From Octopus bimaculoides (taxonomy: Eukaryota), in assembly GCF_001194135.2 (NCBI RefSeq), contig NC_069002.1, positions 32,710,483 through 32,761,823 of the forward strand: a DNA stretch of 51,341 nt. The letters are read 5' to 3'. The position numbers and the translations under genes were made by a program. The notes under the pieces are model-generated. The model worked only from the letters and a program-made list of their open reading frames with translations, did no database searches and was not told where the DNA came from. Below, in pieces: positions 39,093 through 51,341 of the stretch (position 1 is its first letter; the number at the start of each line of letters is the position of its first letter).

Positions 39093-39421
39093 GATATATA
39101 TACACAAACACATATACATATGCAGACACACACTAGCACACACACATATACATACATATACGCACATATATATGAGCATACATACCTACACATATACAGG
39201 TACACATCTACGTTCAAATATATATACATACGTACCTATAAATATATACATATATATTAACATGTATACTTACATACATATTCATAAATAAAGAAATATA
39301 TATATATATATGTGCACACATATACACGCATACACAAACCTACACATACATGTATATATATATATATATGTACCAATAATTAAGTATGCATAATTGTATA
39401 TATAAATATGTATTTATATAC

Positions 39422-39499
<78 letters not shown>

Positions 39500-39540
39500 A
39501 GTATATTAGTATATAACTATGTAATTTATATTTAGTATAT

Positions 39541-39573
<33 letters not shown>

Positions 39574-39900
39574 CGTTACATTTTTCTGTATGTACGTAGG
39601 TGTATATATGAATGTGTATATATACAAACACACATATGTACACACACACACATACGCGTGTACAAAGATATATTGTTATGAAAGGTATTCCGAGTATCAA
39701 AGTGAAAAGAGTGTCTGTGAGTTCGCTCAAAGCTGGCTCTGAACTCTGTTACTGACAAGGAAAAGAGATTCTTCGCCACGAAACTATCAAAATGAACGCG
39801 TGATCGCAACCAAAGCAATCGAACGATTAGCCTAGTTCAAAGCTTACATATGACCGACAGTAGATCAATGGAAACAAAGTATTAGATAAGAAGAATATGC

Positions 39901-39983
<83 letters not shown>

Positions 39984-40217
39984 TGTATAAGAAAGAGAGA
40001 GAGAGAGAGAGAGGGGGAGAGGGGGAAGGACAGAGAGAAAGAGAGAGAGAGTAGAGAGTGGTAGGAATATGGCTGGATAGATGTAGCGAATGGTGGTGAA
40101 AAAAATATAAGATTGCGAACGGGATATTGTTGAGAATTGGTTACGATGGAATGGGTTGGAGAGTGCGATGAGTAAGGGGTAACATTAAGAGATAGATAGA
40201 TAGATAGATAGGTAGGT

Positions 40218-40250
<33 letters not shown>

Positions 40251-41398
40251 AATACATAAATAAGAAATGTGAGGCATTGAGATATATATAAGAAACATTC
40301 GAGTGCCTCCCTTTTATATACACACACATATATACTCATACAGAGCTGTAACGCTGTTTGATTGTGTTTTTCACCGTAGAATTTCTATCATCCCACTACC
40401 AGTTTGCCATCAGCCCTTCCTTCCTTATTCAGTTATTCATCTATCACCCATTCCTTTCTCTTTCATATGTTGTGGAGGAGAAAAACACAGGAGTAATATT
40501 ACAGTCGATGCTATGCTTGAAAGAAACGGAAGTAGTGTTTGACATTTCGGTCGCTAGTCCTTTATCAGACAAACAGAAATAAGGGAAAGAAGCCAAAATA
40601 AAAAGAAAAAAAATGGAGGGAAAGAAAAGAAAACATGCGAATTTCTTAAACATTCGGCCACAGATTGCTGACATGAGGCTTGTGTACTCATTTTCTAAAG
40701 AGAAACAGTTAGAAACATTTTTTAGTAAAATTCTTTACAAATACTTTATAGTATTAAGATAGAAATTAAAAATTTTATTTCATTTCTTTTTTCTTTGGAA
40801 AGTCGAGGTTTTTCCTGTGTGTCAGTTAATACCAATATGTCAACGAATAATTTGGTGTAATTAGCGGGTTAATATTATTAATATGATTTTAATATTTCTT
40901 CTTGAGGCCTTAAGAAATCTCAAATGCAGTCAAGAGCAGATAAACTATTTCTGTTTCACCTTTCCTATTGCTTAAGAAAGCTAATGGCCAAATAGTAACA
41001 GAAGAAAAAAAAATTTAAGCACCAAACAGTGAAAACAAAAAAAAAAAAACATAAAAAGAGAAGTGGTGATAAGGAGAGAAAAAATATAGAAAGTAGAGAC
41101 ACAGCAACGTTTTAATGATTCTTAGTTTCCATAAAATGAGAATAAAAGACAAAGAAACGACGAAAAAAAAGTGAAGACAAAAAAACACAACGAGATAAAT
41201 TTATATAAAGACGAACAGACAAATAAAGACAACTGCCGGGAGATCTGGAAATTTTTAACCGACTTTTCGGAAATTTATGGTTTCGAAATATGAAATATTA
41301 AATATAAATAACTAATAAAGCTAGAAAAAAAATTTGTTTAAAATTGGTGATAAGTGGTGTCTAGAATAATGCATATACATATATAGAGATGCATGCAT

Positions 41399-42365
41399 NN
41401 NNNNNNNNNNNNNNNNNNNNNNNNNNNNNNNNNNNNNNNNNNNNNNNNNNNNNNNNNNNNNNNNNNNNNNNNNNNNNNNNNNNNNNNNNNNNNNNNNNNN
41501 NNNNNNNNNNNNNNNNNNNNNNNNNNNNNNNNNNNNNNNNNNNNNNNNNNNNNNNNNNNNNNNNNNNNNNNNNNNNNNNNNNNNNNNNNNNNNNNNNNNN
41601 NNNNNNNNNNNNNNNNNNNNNNNNNNNNNNNNNNNNNNNNNNNNNNNNNNNNNNNNNNNNNNNNNNNNNNNNNNNNNNNNNNNNNNNNNNNNNNNNNNNN
41701 NNNNNNNNNNNNNNNNNNNNNNNNNNNNNNNNNNNNNNNNNNNNNNNNNNNNNNNNNNNNNNNNNNNNNNNNNNNNNNNNNNNNNNNNNNNNNNNNNNNN
41801 NNNNNNNNNNNNNNNNNNNNNNNNNNNNNNNNNNNNNNNNNNNNNNNNNNNNNNNNNNNNNNNNNNNNNNNNNNNNNNNNNNNNNNNNNNNNNNNNNNNN
41901 NNNNNNNNNNNNNNNNNNNNNNNNNNNNNNNNNNNNNNNNNNNNNNNNNNNNNNNNNNNNNNNNNNNNNNNNNNNNNNNNNNNNNNNNNNNNNNNNNNNN
42001 NNNNNNNNNNNNNNNNNNNNNNNNNNNNNNNNNNNNNNNNNNNNNNNNNNNNNNNNNNNNNNNNNNNNNNNNNNNNNNNNNNNNNNNNNNNNNNNNNNNN
42101 NNNNNNNNNNNNNNNNNNNNNNNNNNNNNNNNNNNNNNNNNNNNNNNNNNNNNNNNNNNNNNNNNNNNNNNNNNNNNNNNNNNNNNNNNNNNNNNNNNNN
42201 NNNNNNNNNNNNNNNNNNNNNNNNNNNNNNNNNNNNNNNNNNNNNNNNNNNNNNNNNNNNNNNNNNNNNNNNNNNNNNNNNNNNNNNNNNNNNNNNNNNN
42301 NNNNNNNNNNNNNNNNNNNNNNNNNNNNNNNNNNNNNNNNNNNNNNNNNNNNNNNNNNNNNNNNN
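41399..42365. other. Largest of about 24 assembly gaps (about 6 kb of N in total)
   Basis: N runs, nearly always flanked by microsatellites. Confidence 0.99.
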
Positions 42366-42505
42366 AAAAAAGTTAACAAGGAGTCTTTAAATGAAATCTC
42401 CCCACTAAAGTTAACAAATAACTTAGTAGATGTAAAAATCAATCTGTAAAATTATATTATTAGAACTGTCAGTGAAGCCATTCTTTTCGTTTCTCAAATA
42501 TAAGG

Positions 42506-42820
42506 AGCACTCCGTCGGTTACGACGACGAGCGTCCCAGCTGATAGGATCAACTCAACAGTTTGCTCGTGAAATTAGCATGAAAGTGACTGAGCACTCCA
42601 CTAAGACGTGTACCCTTGACGTGGTTCTTAGACAGATTCAGCGTGACACAGAGTGACAAGGCTGGCCCTTTGAAATAGAGGTACTTCTCATTTTTGCCAG
42701 TTGAGTGGACTAGAGCAATGTGAATTAAAGTGTCTTGCTCAATGTCATAACGTGTCACAAGGATATGAACTCACGACCTTAAGATCGTGATCGAATGCCT
42801 TAACCACTAAGCCACACACC
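42506..42820 (-). mobile_element. tRNA-derived SINE: head, CORE-like box, body D
   Basis: Element strand: GGCTTAGTGGTTAAGG..TGAGTTCATATCC..TTGAGCAAGACACTTTAATTCACATTGCTCTAGTCC..AAGGGCCAGCCTTGTCAC..AACCGACGGAGTGC. Confidence 0.85.
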
Positions 42821-43041
42821 TTCGTACACATATATAAGACAGATACAGCGAATACGGTGATTAGTACATTTGCTTATCTTTTGTTGCTACGGATTTACAC
42901 TACCGAAGATATTCATAATCCTGAGAATCGAACCTAGGATACACCAATCGGAGGAATTACAGTGGGATTCAACCTGAGTTATCATACCGTATCCGCCTTG
43001 ATATTTTGGATATTTATCCCAAGATACTCATCGTATATATA

Positions 43042-43454
43042 TTCTTTTATACTTTTATGTGTTACAGTCATTTCACAGTTATGCTGGAGCATTGCCTTAA
43101 AGAGTTTTAGTCGAAAAAATCGACCCTAGGACGTATTCTTTGTNNNNNNNNNNAAAAATCGACCCTAGGACGTATTCTTTGTAAGCCTAGTACTTATTCT
43201 ATCTGTCTCTTGTGCCGAACCGCTAAGTTACGGAGACCTAAACTCATCAGTATCGGTTAAGTGATGGTGAGAGGATAAACACAAGCGCACACGCACATAT
43301 ATCTATGTGCTTCTTTCAGTTTCCGTCTACCAAATCCACCCACAAGGCATTTGTCGGCCCAAGATTAGAGTAGAAGACATTCACCCAAGTTCTCACTTGG
43401 GATTGAACGCGAAACCGAGTGACTGGGAAGCAAACTCCTTACCACACAGCCACA

Positions 43455-43460
<6 letters not shown>
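43042..43460 (-). mobile_element. SINE family A, full length, diverged
   Basis: Tail, body and head (TTACCACACAGCCACACCTA) are all alignable by eye. A short contig-end duplication surrounds the gap at 43144. Confidence 0.88.
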
Positions 43461-43507
<47 letters not shown>

Positions 43508-43639
43508 ATTGATAGGAAGGACAACAAAAGAAAGAAAGATACCTCGATATTATGTAAATAGAGGAATTTATCTGTAAAAATATGTGACACTTATTCGGGG
43601 GGAGGGGGTATAATTCATAAAAAAAACAAAAGACAAAGA

Positions 43640-43760
43640 TAGGTGGTGTAGACAACAAACAGATGTATTAGTTTAACGCTCAGGAAGTGAAAAAGTCTTT
43701 AACCTTTCGAGCCTACGCTCTTCCACAGAAAGGAAACACGGAAAGACGTTTCAAGCCTAT
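43640..43760 (-). mobile_element. Penelope-like element terminal (pLTR-like) fragment with a degenerate minimal hammerhead motif
   Basis: Minus strand reads CTTT-CTGTGGA-A-GAGC-GTAG-GCTC-GAAA-G-GTT-AAAG at 43697-43732, with a second half-motif GGCTTGAAACGTC at about 43745-43757. The PLE assignment is inferred from the motif type. Confidence 0.55.
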
Positions 43761-44979
43761 ATATATGAAGAGAAATAACCCCAAAATAGCGATACACAGA
43801 TTTTATTTTGAGCTGAGTGGGGATGCTAGATTCCCTTGTTCAAGAATATAAAGACACAAATCGTGTAGTATAGCCAGCTGGAGACGACGTCTCCTGGGGC
43901 TAAATTACAGCTACATTAGTCCAAAACCAGGACTGCCATGTTATGTTGGCAAACAATCTTTTCTACAAGGTTAGTACACTTGGTTGTATCGTTATTTTAT
44001 CGATCACGTAAGTATGACAAATTTATACTCGACTCCACCAGGATTTGAACTAAAAATAAAAATTCGTAGCTAAACGTCACGTGAAACATTCTGATATTTT
44101 TACTCTTCAGTTTAGTTTCAGCTACACACTCCAGTCTTAGAGTTAAATAATTGATAATGCTAGAATGACTTCAATCAGAAATGTGACTGCTGTCACGGCT
44201 TGAACATCAAGCTCAAGTTGCATTTATGAAACAGTATTCCAAAAATGTAGCTTCTTATTTATTTTCTCCTCAACCGATTGTATCTGTAGAGGACAAACAA
44301 AAAGAACATATCAAACATTCCTTAACAAACATCAAACTGCTGCCATCTATATCGATTTTTTTTATCTCCCTTTTCTTTTCCCCCCTCTCTCTCGTTTCTC
44401 TCTAAATATATAAATATCCTGCACTGTTGTAAACGTTGTGAACTTGCACGTGAACCGAAAGTTCAACATGGCTTCGTCATCACGGATCGCCATCTGGCGG
44501 CAGGTGATTGAGATATAAGCGACCATTTAAATATCGAGATATATAGGATAACATAATAAAACGGTAACTACTCGACCAGAAAAAGTGCATATAGTCTTAT
44601 AGCCTTCATGCATGCTGTGGCCCTATCGCTGTTGTTGATCTTCTTAATATCAATATTGTTGTTATTAATAGTAATATTAGTATTAGTTGTAACGGTTGTA
44701 TTATTAACCCATTACCTACCACTGATTTCATATGAGATCAGTTAAAAATTACAAATTTCGTAATTATCTGTCAATATTTATACATATTTAACCTTTTTGC
44801 TATATCTACTAGGTATATTTCTATGATATTCAAATTTTTCACCCAATATCTCGCTTATTTCTATTTAAAATATTATTTTGATCATTCCAGCGTGTTTCTA
44901 AGGCTGTTTTATGCTAGAAATCAAAGTTTCATAAAAAAAAATCCAGTTAATAGAATTATGGGAGGTACTGGGTTAATAT

Positions 44980-45290
44980 TGTGAGAGCATTTGGACTAGT
45001 GGTTAGTGTGATGCATTCGCGATTGCGAGAGCGGGTTTCAATACCCGTACCGGTTGGTTCTTCGACCGTTGTGTTCTTGAGCAAGACACTTCATCTCACG
45101 TTACTCTGCGATCACTTCGACACCGGAAGCGTGGCACACAGTGTCCCTGTTTAAGGCAACATCGATTTGATGGAAGGTGTGAGTTAAGATACAGCACATA
45201 CGTTTCATCGCTATAGAGAAATCATTTTGTGAAGCTCATTCTGCAATAACTGAATACTCATACATTGTCATCGATGCGAGATACTGTCAT
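44980..45290 (+). mobile_element. tRNA-derived SINE: head, CORE-like box, body E
   Basis: GGACTAGTGGTTAG..GGTTTCAATACCC..GTGTTCTTGAGCAAGACACTTCATCTCACG, followed by a body unlike C or D. Confidence 0.7.
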
Positions 45291-45522
45291 TATTAGTATC
45301 ACTATTACACATACATGCGCACAACAGTAAGAGCGGCGTAGAAAATGCCTTCTGATAACCAGTATCTTTATATTCTGGGTTCAAATAGCAACGAGGTTAA
45401 CTTCACCTTTCCGTCTTATGGGGACGTTTAACTAAAGTACAAAAGTACGACACCAGTACACACGCAGACGTTTTCGCGTAAGCTGCTCCTACTTACCATT
45501 TTCATTGTTGTCCTATTTGAAA

Positions 45523-45740
45523 AGGGGCGAGGTGGCAGAATCGTTAGCACTCTACGCTAAATGCTTAATGGCATTTCGCACGTCATTATGTTAAGAGTTC
45601 AAATTCCGCTGAGCTCCACTTTGCCTTTTATTCATTCAGGGTCTATATAATAGATACCTGTCGAGTCCTTGGGTCGCTGTAGTAGACTTAACCCCTCACC
45701 ATAACTTGCTGGCCTTATGCCAAAATTTAAAACTGATATC
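45523..45740 (+). mobile_element. SINE family B monomer, diverged
   Basis: GGCGAGGTGGCAGAATCGTTAGCAC...GAGTTCAAATTCCGC...CTTTGCCTTT...GGCCTTATGCCAAAATTT. Confidence 0.8.
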
Positions 45741-45943
45741 ATCCTATCTTCCCCTGAGTTATCAATGTCACATCCCAGCTCCATCCCGCAGTTTTAGAGA
45801 TGCAACACTTTTCTCAAAACATGAGCTGCTTCAAGTATTGCTGCCAACTGAATACTTTCTATGAAGTTTGGTATCTACAGCCATTGATGCAAGAATATTG
45901 CTTTCTGCGAAATGATCCCAGGTGCACCGATCACAATACGCGC

Positions 45944-45979
<36 letters not shown>

Positions 45980-46988
45980 CAGACACACACGTATATAAAC
46001 ACACATACACACATATACAGAAAGATAGTAGAAATAGGAATGGAGGAGTCAGAGAAAGAGAATCAGAGAGAGAGAGAGAGAGGGAGGGAGAAAGAGAGAA
46101 AGAGAGAAAGAGAGAGAGAATGTGTGTGTGTGTGTGTGTGTGTGTGGGTGTATGTAAGTATATGAGATANNNNNNNNNNNNNNNNNNNNNNNNNNNNNNN
46201 NNNNNNNNNNNNNNNNNNNNNNNNNNNNNNNNNNNNNNNNNNNNNNNNNNNNNNNNNNNNNNNNNNNNNNNNNNNNNNNNNNNNNNNNNNNNNNNNNNNN
46301 NNNNNNNNNNNNNNNNNNNNNNNNNNNNNNNNNNNNNNNNNNNNNNNNNNNNNNNNNNNNNNNNNNNNNNNNNNNNNNNNNNNNNNNNNNNNNNNNNNNN
46401 NNNNNNNNNNNNNNNNNNNNNNNNNNNNNNNNNNNNNNNNNNNNNNNNNNNNNNNNNNNNNNNNNNNNNNNNNNNNNNNNNNNNNNNNNNNNNNNNNNNN
46501 NNNNNNNNNNNNNNNNNNNNNNNNNNNNNNNNNNNNNNNNNNNNNNNNNNNNNNNNNNNNNNNNNNNNNNNNNNNNNNNNNNNNNNNNNNNNNNNNNNNN
46601 NNNNNNNNNNNNNNNNNNNNNNNNNNNNNNNNNNNNNNNNNNNNNNNNNNNNNNNNNNNNNNNNNNNNNNNNNNNNNNNNNNNNNNNNNNNNNNNNNNNN
46701 NNNNNNNNNNNNNNNNNNNNNNNNNNNNNNNNNNNNNNNNNNNNNNNNNNNNNNNNNNNNNNNNNNNNNNNNNNNNNNNNNNNNNNNNNNNNNNNNNNNN
46801 NNNNNNNNNNNNNNNNNNNNNNNNNNNNNNNNNNNNNNNNNNNNNNNNNNNNNNNNNNNNNNNNNNNNNNNNNNNNNNNNNNNNNNNNNNNNNNNNNNNN
46901 NNNNNNNNNNNNNNNNNNNNNNNNNNNNNNNNNNNNNNNNNNNNNNNNNNNNNNNNNNNNNNNNNNNNNNNNNNNNNNNNNNNNNNNN

Positions 46989-47018
<30 letters not shown>

Positions 47019-47019
<1 letters not shown>

Positions 47020-47125
47020 GGCGCGGGAGTGGCTGTGTGGTAAGTAGCTTACTTGCCAACCACATGGTTCCGTGTTCAGTTCCACTGCGTGGCGACTTGG
47101 GCTAATGTATTCTACTATAGCCTCG
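47019..47125 (+). mobile_element. SINE family A, 5' part
   Basis: AGGCGCGGGAGTGGCTGTGTGGTAAGTAGC...GTGTTCAGTTCCACTGCGTGGC...CTACTATAGCCTCG. Confidence 0.88.
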
Positions 47126-47144
47126 TCGCATTACCACTACTACG

Positions 47145-47181
<37 letters not shown>

Positions 47182-47191
47182 NNNNNNNNNN

Positions 47192-47232
<41 letters not shown>

Positions 47233-47502
47233 GTGATAGTAATACAGGAGTAAAAATAGCAACGTATTAAACGCTATTATGAAGAGAGTAACAGGTCTAT
47301 TATTTGGAGAAATTTCAAGAAGATAATAGAAAGGCGACATACGCGTGTCACAATGATACTCATGTATATTACACATTCCTAGAGACATCGTACGTATTCG
47401 TATATAACTGCACCTATCTCTCTAAGCACACACACACACGCACACACATAGACAAGCTCGCTTGCACACAAACACACATAAACACACACAAACACATACA
47501 CC

Positions 47503-47645
47503 GGATTTCATTCAGTTTCCGTCTATCAAATTCACTCACAAGGTTTGGTTGACCCGAGGTTACAATAGAAGATAATTACCAAGGTGCCACGCAGAGGGAC
47601 TGAACGTGGAGCCATGTGGTTGGGAGGCAAGCTTCTTGCCACCCC
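47503..47645 (-). mobile_element. SINE family A, 5' half
   Basis: TTCAGTTTCCGTCTATCAAATTCACTCACAAGG...CAAGGTGCCACGCAGAGGGACTGAA. Confidence 0.85.
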
Positions 47646-47709
47646 CCACATATATGCATACTTATACACACATATTTAAACAAACAGGTATGTATACATG
47701 TAAGGGCAA

Positions 47710-47772
<63 letters not shown>

Positions 47773-48481
47773 GAGCCACAATTAGTGTGACATCGAACCT
47801 TTATAATAAACGAATAAACAAGCTAGATGAGTTTCTTTGAAATATTTTGGAAAATAATTTGTACCACAACCACCTCCTTTCTGCAGCAATTAGAAAAAAA
47901 AAGCCCACCACCACCACCATCACCATCACCACCACCATCCACCACCACCATCACCGTCATCATCATTCATGAACATGATAATCGTTATCATCATCAGTAA
48001 CATCATTTTCCTCATGATGCTTCCCCTCATTGTCAGCATCGCCGCCATCTTTGACGTCCTCGTTATCACAGTTCTCGACGCTATCGTCATCCTTGTCATC
48101 GCTGCCGCCGTCGCCGCCGTCGCCGTCGCCGCCGTCGCCGTCGCCGCCGCCGCCGCCAACGACGTATCAGAAATTCCACAGCATCTATTTCTGCCCGACA
48201 CAACCCATTATAGGTTTCTTTTGAAGTTGACTGTCTTTTGGACAGAAAATAACCATCACACTCACTCTCTCTTTATCAATCTCTCTCTTTATAGCAAGTA
48301 TGTANNNNNNNNNNNNNNNNNNNNNNNNNNNNNNNNNNNNNNNNNNNNNNNNNNNNNNNNNNNNNNNNNNNNNNNNNNNNNNNNNNNNNNNNNNNNNNNN
48401 NNNNNNNNNNNNNNNNNNNNNNNNNNNNNNNNNNNNNNNNNNNNNNNNNNNNNNNNNNNNNNNNNNNNNNNNNNNNNNNNN

Positions 48482-48534
<53 letters not shown>

Positions 48535-48664
48535 ACACACTTATACATTTGTACATATTTTTATATGCATATATATTTTGAAGATCTTGAAAACTAAGTG
48601 ATGTTTGTAACTGGAATTATGCATAACTATGTGGAAGCTGTTGTTGTCGAAGGAAAAGTAGGAG

Positions 48665-48795
48665 AAGACGACGACGAAGAAGAAGAAAAAGAAGATGAAG
48701 AAGAAGAAGAAGAAGAAGAAGAAGAAGAAGAAGAAGAAGAAGAAGAAGAAGAAGAAGAAGAAGAAGAAGAAGAAGAAGAAGAAGAAGAAGAAGAA
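48665..48795. repeat. (GAA)n microsatellite
   Basis: Long pure GAA run. Confidence 0.95.
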
Positions 48796-49369
48796 TACAC
48801 CATCACCAATATCAAGTGCGTCAAATACAAGAACAAGAAGAAGGACAACAACAAAAATAGCAATAAAAAACAACAAATGAAAGGAAAAATTAAAATGAAG
48901 TAAAAACCACTCATAAACCTTAAATAAACGAAAATAATAGAGATGCGTTAGAAATAACAGTGCGAAAAACGAAGAAATGTTAGAAATATGGGATTGCAAA
49001 AAAACATGTTTTATGTATTTTTTTTTCATTATTAAAAGACAGATTTATTAAAGAGACAAAAATGAAAAAGATGACTGAAAAGAAATAAAAAAAAATTGTG
49101 TAAAGAAACTAAGGTAAAGATAAAAGAGACTTAAAATGGTGTGATTGTATATGTATGTGTGCTTGTGTGTATGTGTGTGTATGTAGGTATGTATGAGTAT
49201 ATATCTATATTTATATAGTGATAAATGGAAACACACACACATACAGGGACACATAAACATTTATATGTGGCTTTGTGCAAACAGTCACACACAAAGAAAA
49301 CATATACAGGCACATACACACGCATACACCCACACGCACAATCATGTATATATAGAAATTAAATATATT

Positions 49370-49402
<33 letters not shown>

Positions 49403-50022
49403 NNNNNNNNNNNNNNNNNNNNNNNNNNNNNNNNNNNNNNNNNNNNNNNNNNNNNNNNNNNNNNNNNNNNNNNNNNNNNNNNNNNNNNNNNNNNNNNNNN
49501 NNNNNNNNNNNNNNNNNNNNNNNNNNNNNNNNNNNNNNNNNNNNNNNNNNNNNNNNNNNNNNNNNNNNNNNNNNNNNNNNNNNNNNNNNNNNNNNNNNNN
49601 NNNNNNNNNNNNNNNNNNNNNNNNNNNNNNNNNNNNNNNNNNNNNNNNNNNNNNNNNNNNNNNNNNNNNNNNNNNNNNNNNNNNNNNNNNNNNNNNNNNN
49701 NNNNNNNNNNNNNNNNNNNNNNNNNNNNNNNNNNNNNNNNNNNNNNNNNNNNNNNNNNNNNNNNNNNNNNNNNNNNNNNNNNNNNNNNNNNNNNNNNNNN
49801 NNNNNNNNNNNNNNNNNNNNNNNNNNNNNNNNNNNNNNNNNNNNNNNNNNNNNNNNNNNNNNNNNNNNNNNNNNNNNNNNNNNNNNNNNNNNNNNNNNNN
49901 NCATATATAATCATACATAAAATATATATTTCCCATTTATGTATGTTTATGTGTTAATGAGTGTGTGTACAATTTCAGACGTATATACATACAGACATAC
50001 ATACATACATACACACATACAA

Positions 50023-50056
<34 letters not shown>

Positions 50057-50246
50057 GTACAATTTATAAATGTTTATATATATAATGAAATATAATTCTC
50101 CTGCAGTAATGATTCTCGATCAATTTGGGTTTTCTTCAAATATTAATGGTAAAGTTATATTTCTGTATATTGTTTGAGGAGTTGCTGTTGTTGTCGTCGT
50201 CATTGAATTAGTAGTAGCAACAGTAGTAGTAGTATTAGTAGTTGTT

Positions 50247-50292
<46 letters not shown>

Positions 50293-50630
50293 CAGCAGTA
50301 GCAGAAGTAATGGTGGTGGTGTTAACTTTACTAATTACAGAATTGGTAGTAGTTCTTGCAGTGTATACTTTCTTAAGTCGATGTTGTCGTTTACACGTAG
50401 TAGGCAGTATTGAGACAGCGTTGGTCGTTCTGCGGTTGCAGTTTGCGTTATAGTATTACAGTAGTATAGTATTATCCTAGATCTGATACTGGTGATGGTA
50501 TGTGGCTTAGTAATTGTGGTGCCGACTATTTGCTGTGTTTTGTAGTGGATTATGTCTTAGCAATTTCCTTCTGTGACTCTGCGACTAAGATACGTAGTTA
50601 ATTCACTGAGCAGCAGTGTTGTTGTTGTTC

Positions 50631-50666
50631 GCATTCCGTCGCTTACGACGTCGAGGGTTCCAGTTG
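50631..50666 (-). mobile_element. Body-D SINE 3' end, cut by an assembly gap
   Basis: GCATTCCGTCGCTTACGACGTCGAGGGTTCCAGTTG is the reverse complement of the 9255 copy's 3' end. Confidence 0.8.
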
Positions 50667-51145
50667 NNNNNNNNNNGTGTGTGTGTGTGTGTGTGCGTGT
50701 GCGTGTGTGTGTATGTGTGTGTGTGTCTCTGTAAAATTGAAAGTAATAACGGAGAGAATTGATTGCTCAATTTAAAATCTCAAAACCCAACGCCTGTGGG
50801 GGTCTGATGTTCATTTTTGAAAATTTAATGGTAAAATAGGAAATGGTTATAAGCAAATAGCAGCGGCAAAAATATTATCCTTATTATTATTACTATGAAT
50901 CAACAACATCAGCATCATCATCATCATCATCATCATTTATTTCTGTTTTTTTTTTAGTATTTTTTAAAAACTTTTTACTGATATATATACATATATATAT
51001 ATTATATGATTTTATTTTGTTTCACTCTTGTAATTTTTGTTGTTTTGCTGAACAGCTTGACAAATAATTCTAGCGAAACTAACTATATGGAAGCAGTTTG
51101 TAGAATTAGAAATTTTCATTTCCTTTGAACTCACTGCCTTTGCCG

Positions 51146-51176
<31 letters not shown>

Positions 51177-51275
51177 TATATAATCATACATAAAATATAT
51201 ATTTCCCATTTATGTATGTTTATGTGTTAATGAGTGTGTGTACAATTTCAGACGTATATACATACACACATACAA

Positions 51276-51309
<34 letters not shown>

Positions 51310-51341
51310 GTACAATTTATAAATGTTTATATATATAATGA

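Noticed and set aside
48598-48903. Poly-Glu ORF
   Set aside because: A pure (GAA)n microsatellite, open in several frames, with no splice or domain support.
49902-51341. ~170-190-bp duplication (49902-50088 and 51174-51341)
   Set aside because: It begins at a contig edge with a short gap between the copies, so it is most likely redundant haplotype or contig overlap.

Overview
This is eukaryotic, AT-rich, mostly non-coding DNA from a gapped draft assembly (about 6 kb of N). The recurring SINE families and extreme microsatellite load suggest an octopus (coleoid cephalopod) genome; this is an inference from recall, not a database match. I found no confidently identifiable host gene, intact RNA gene or CRISPR array. 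Nearly all listed ORFs are translations of microsatellites or gaps. Real content: about 30 tRNA-derived SINE copies in several modular families, a Tigger/pogo transposase fossil (12355-13650, minus), a mariner fossil (37245-37966, plus), an RTE LINE 3' fragment (24856-25185, minus) and a Penelope-like terminal fragment. Most interesting: (1) two degenerate minimal hammerhead-ribozyme motifs; (2) a 477-bp foldback with ~70-bp arms and an 8-bp flanking direct repeat; (3) a diverged 174-bp direct repeat pair that can fold similarly in both copies; (4) a 616-bp duplication that appears to split the Tigger; (5) a dimeric SINE with the same junction at two loci; (6) several homotypic transcription-factor motif clusters. 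I cannot claim a wholly new biological system; these are leads.
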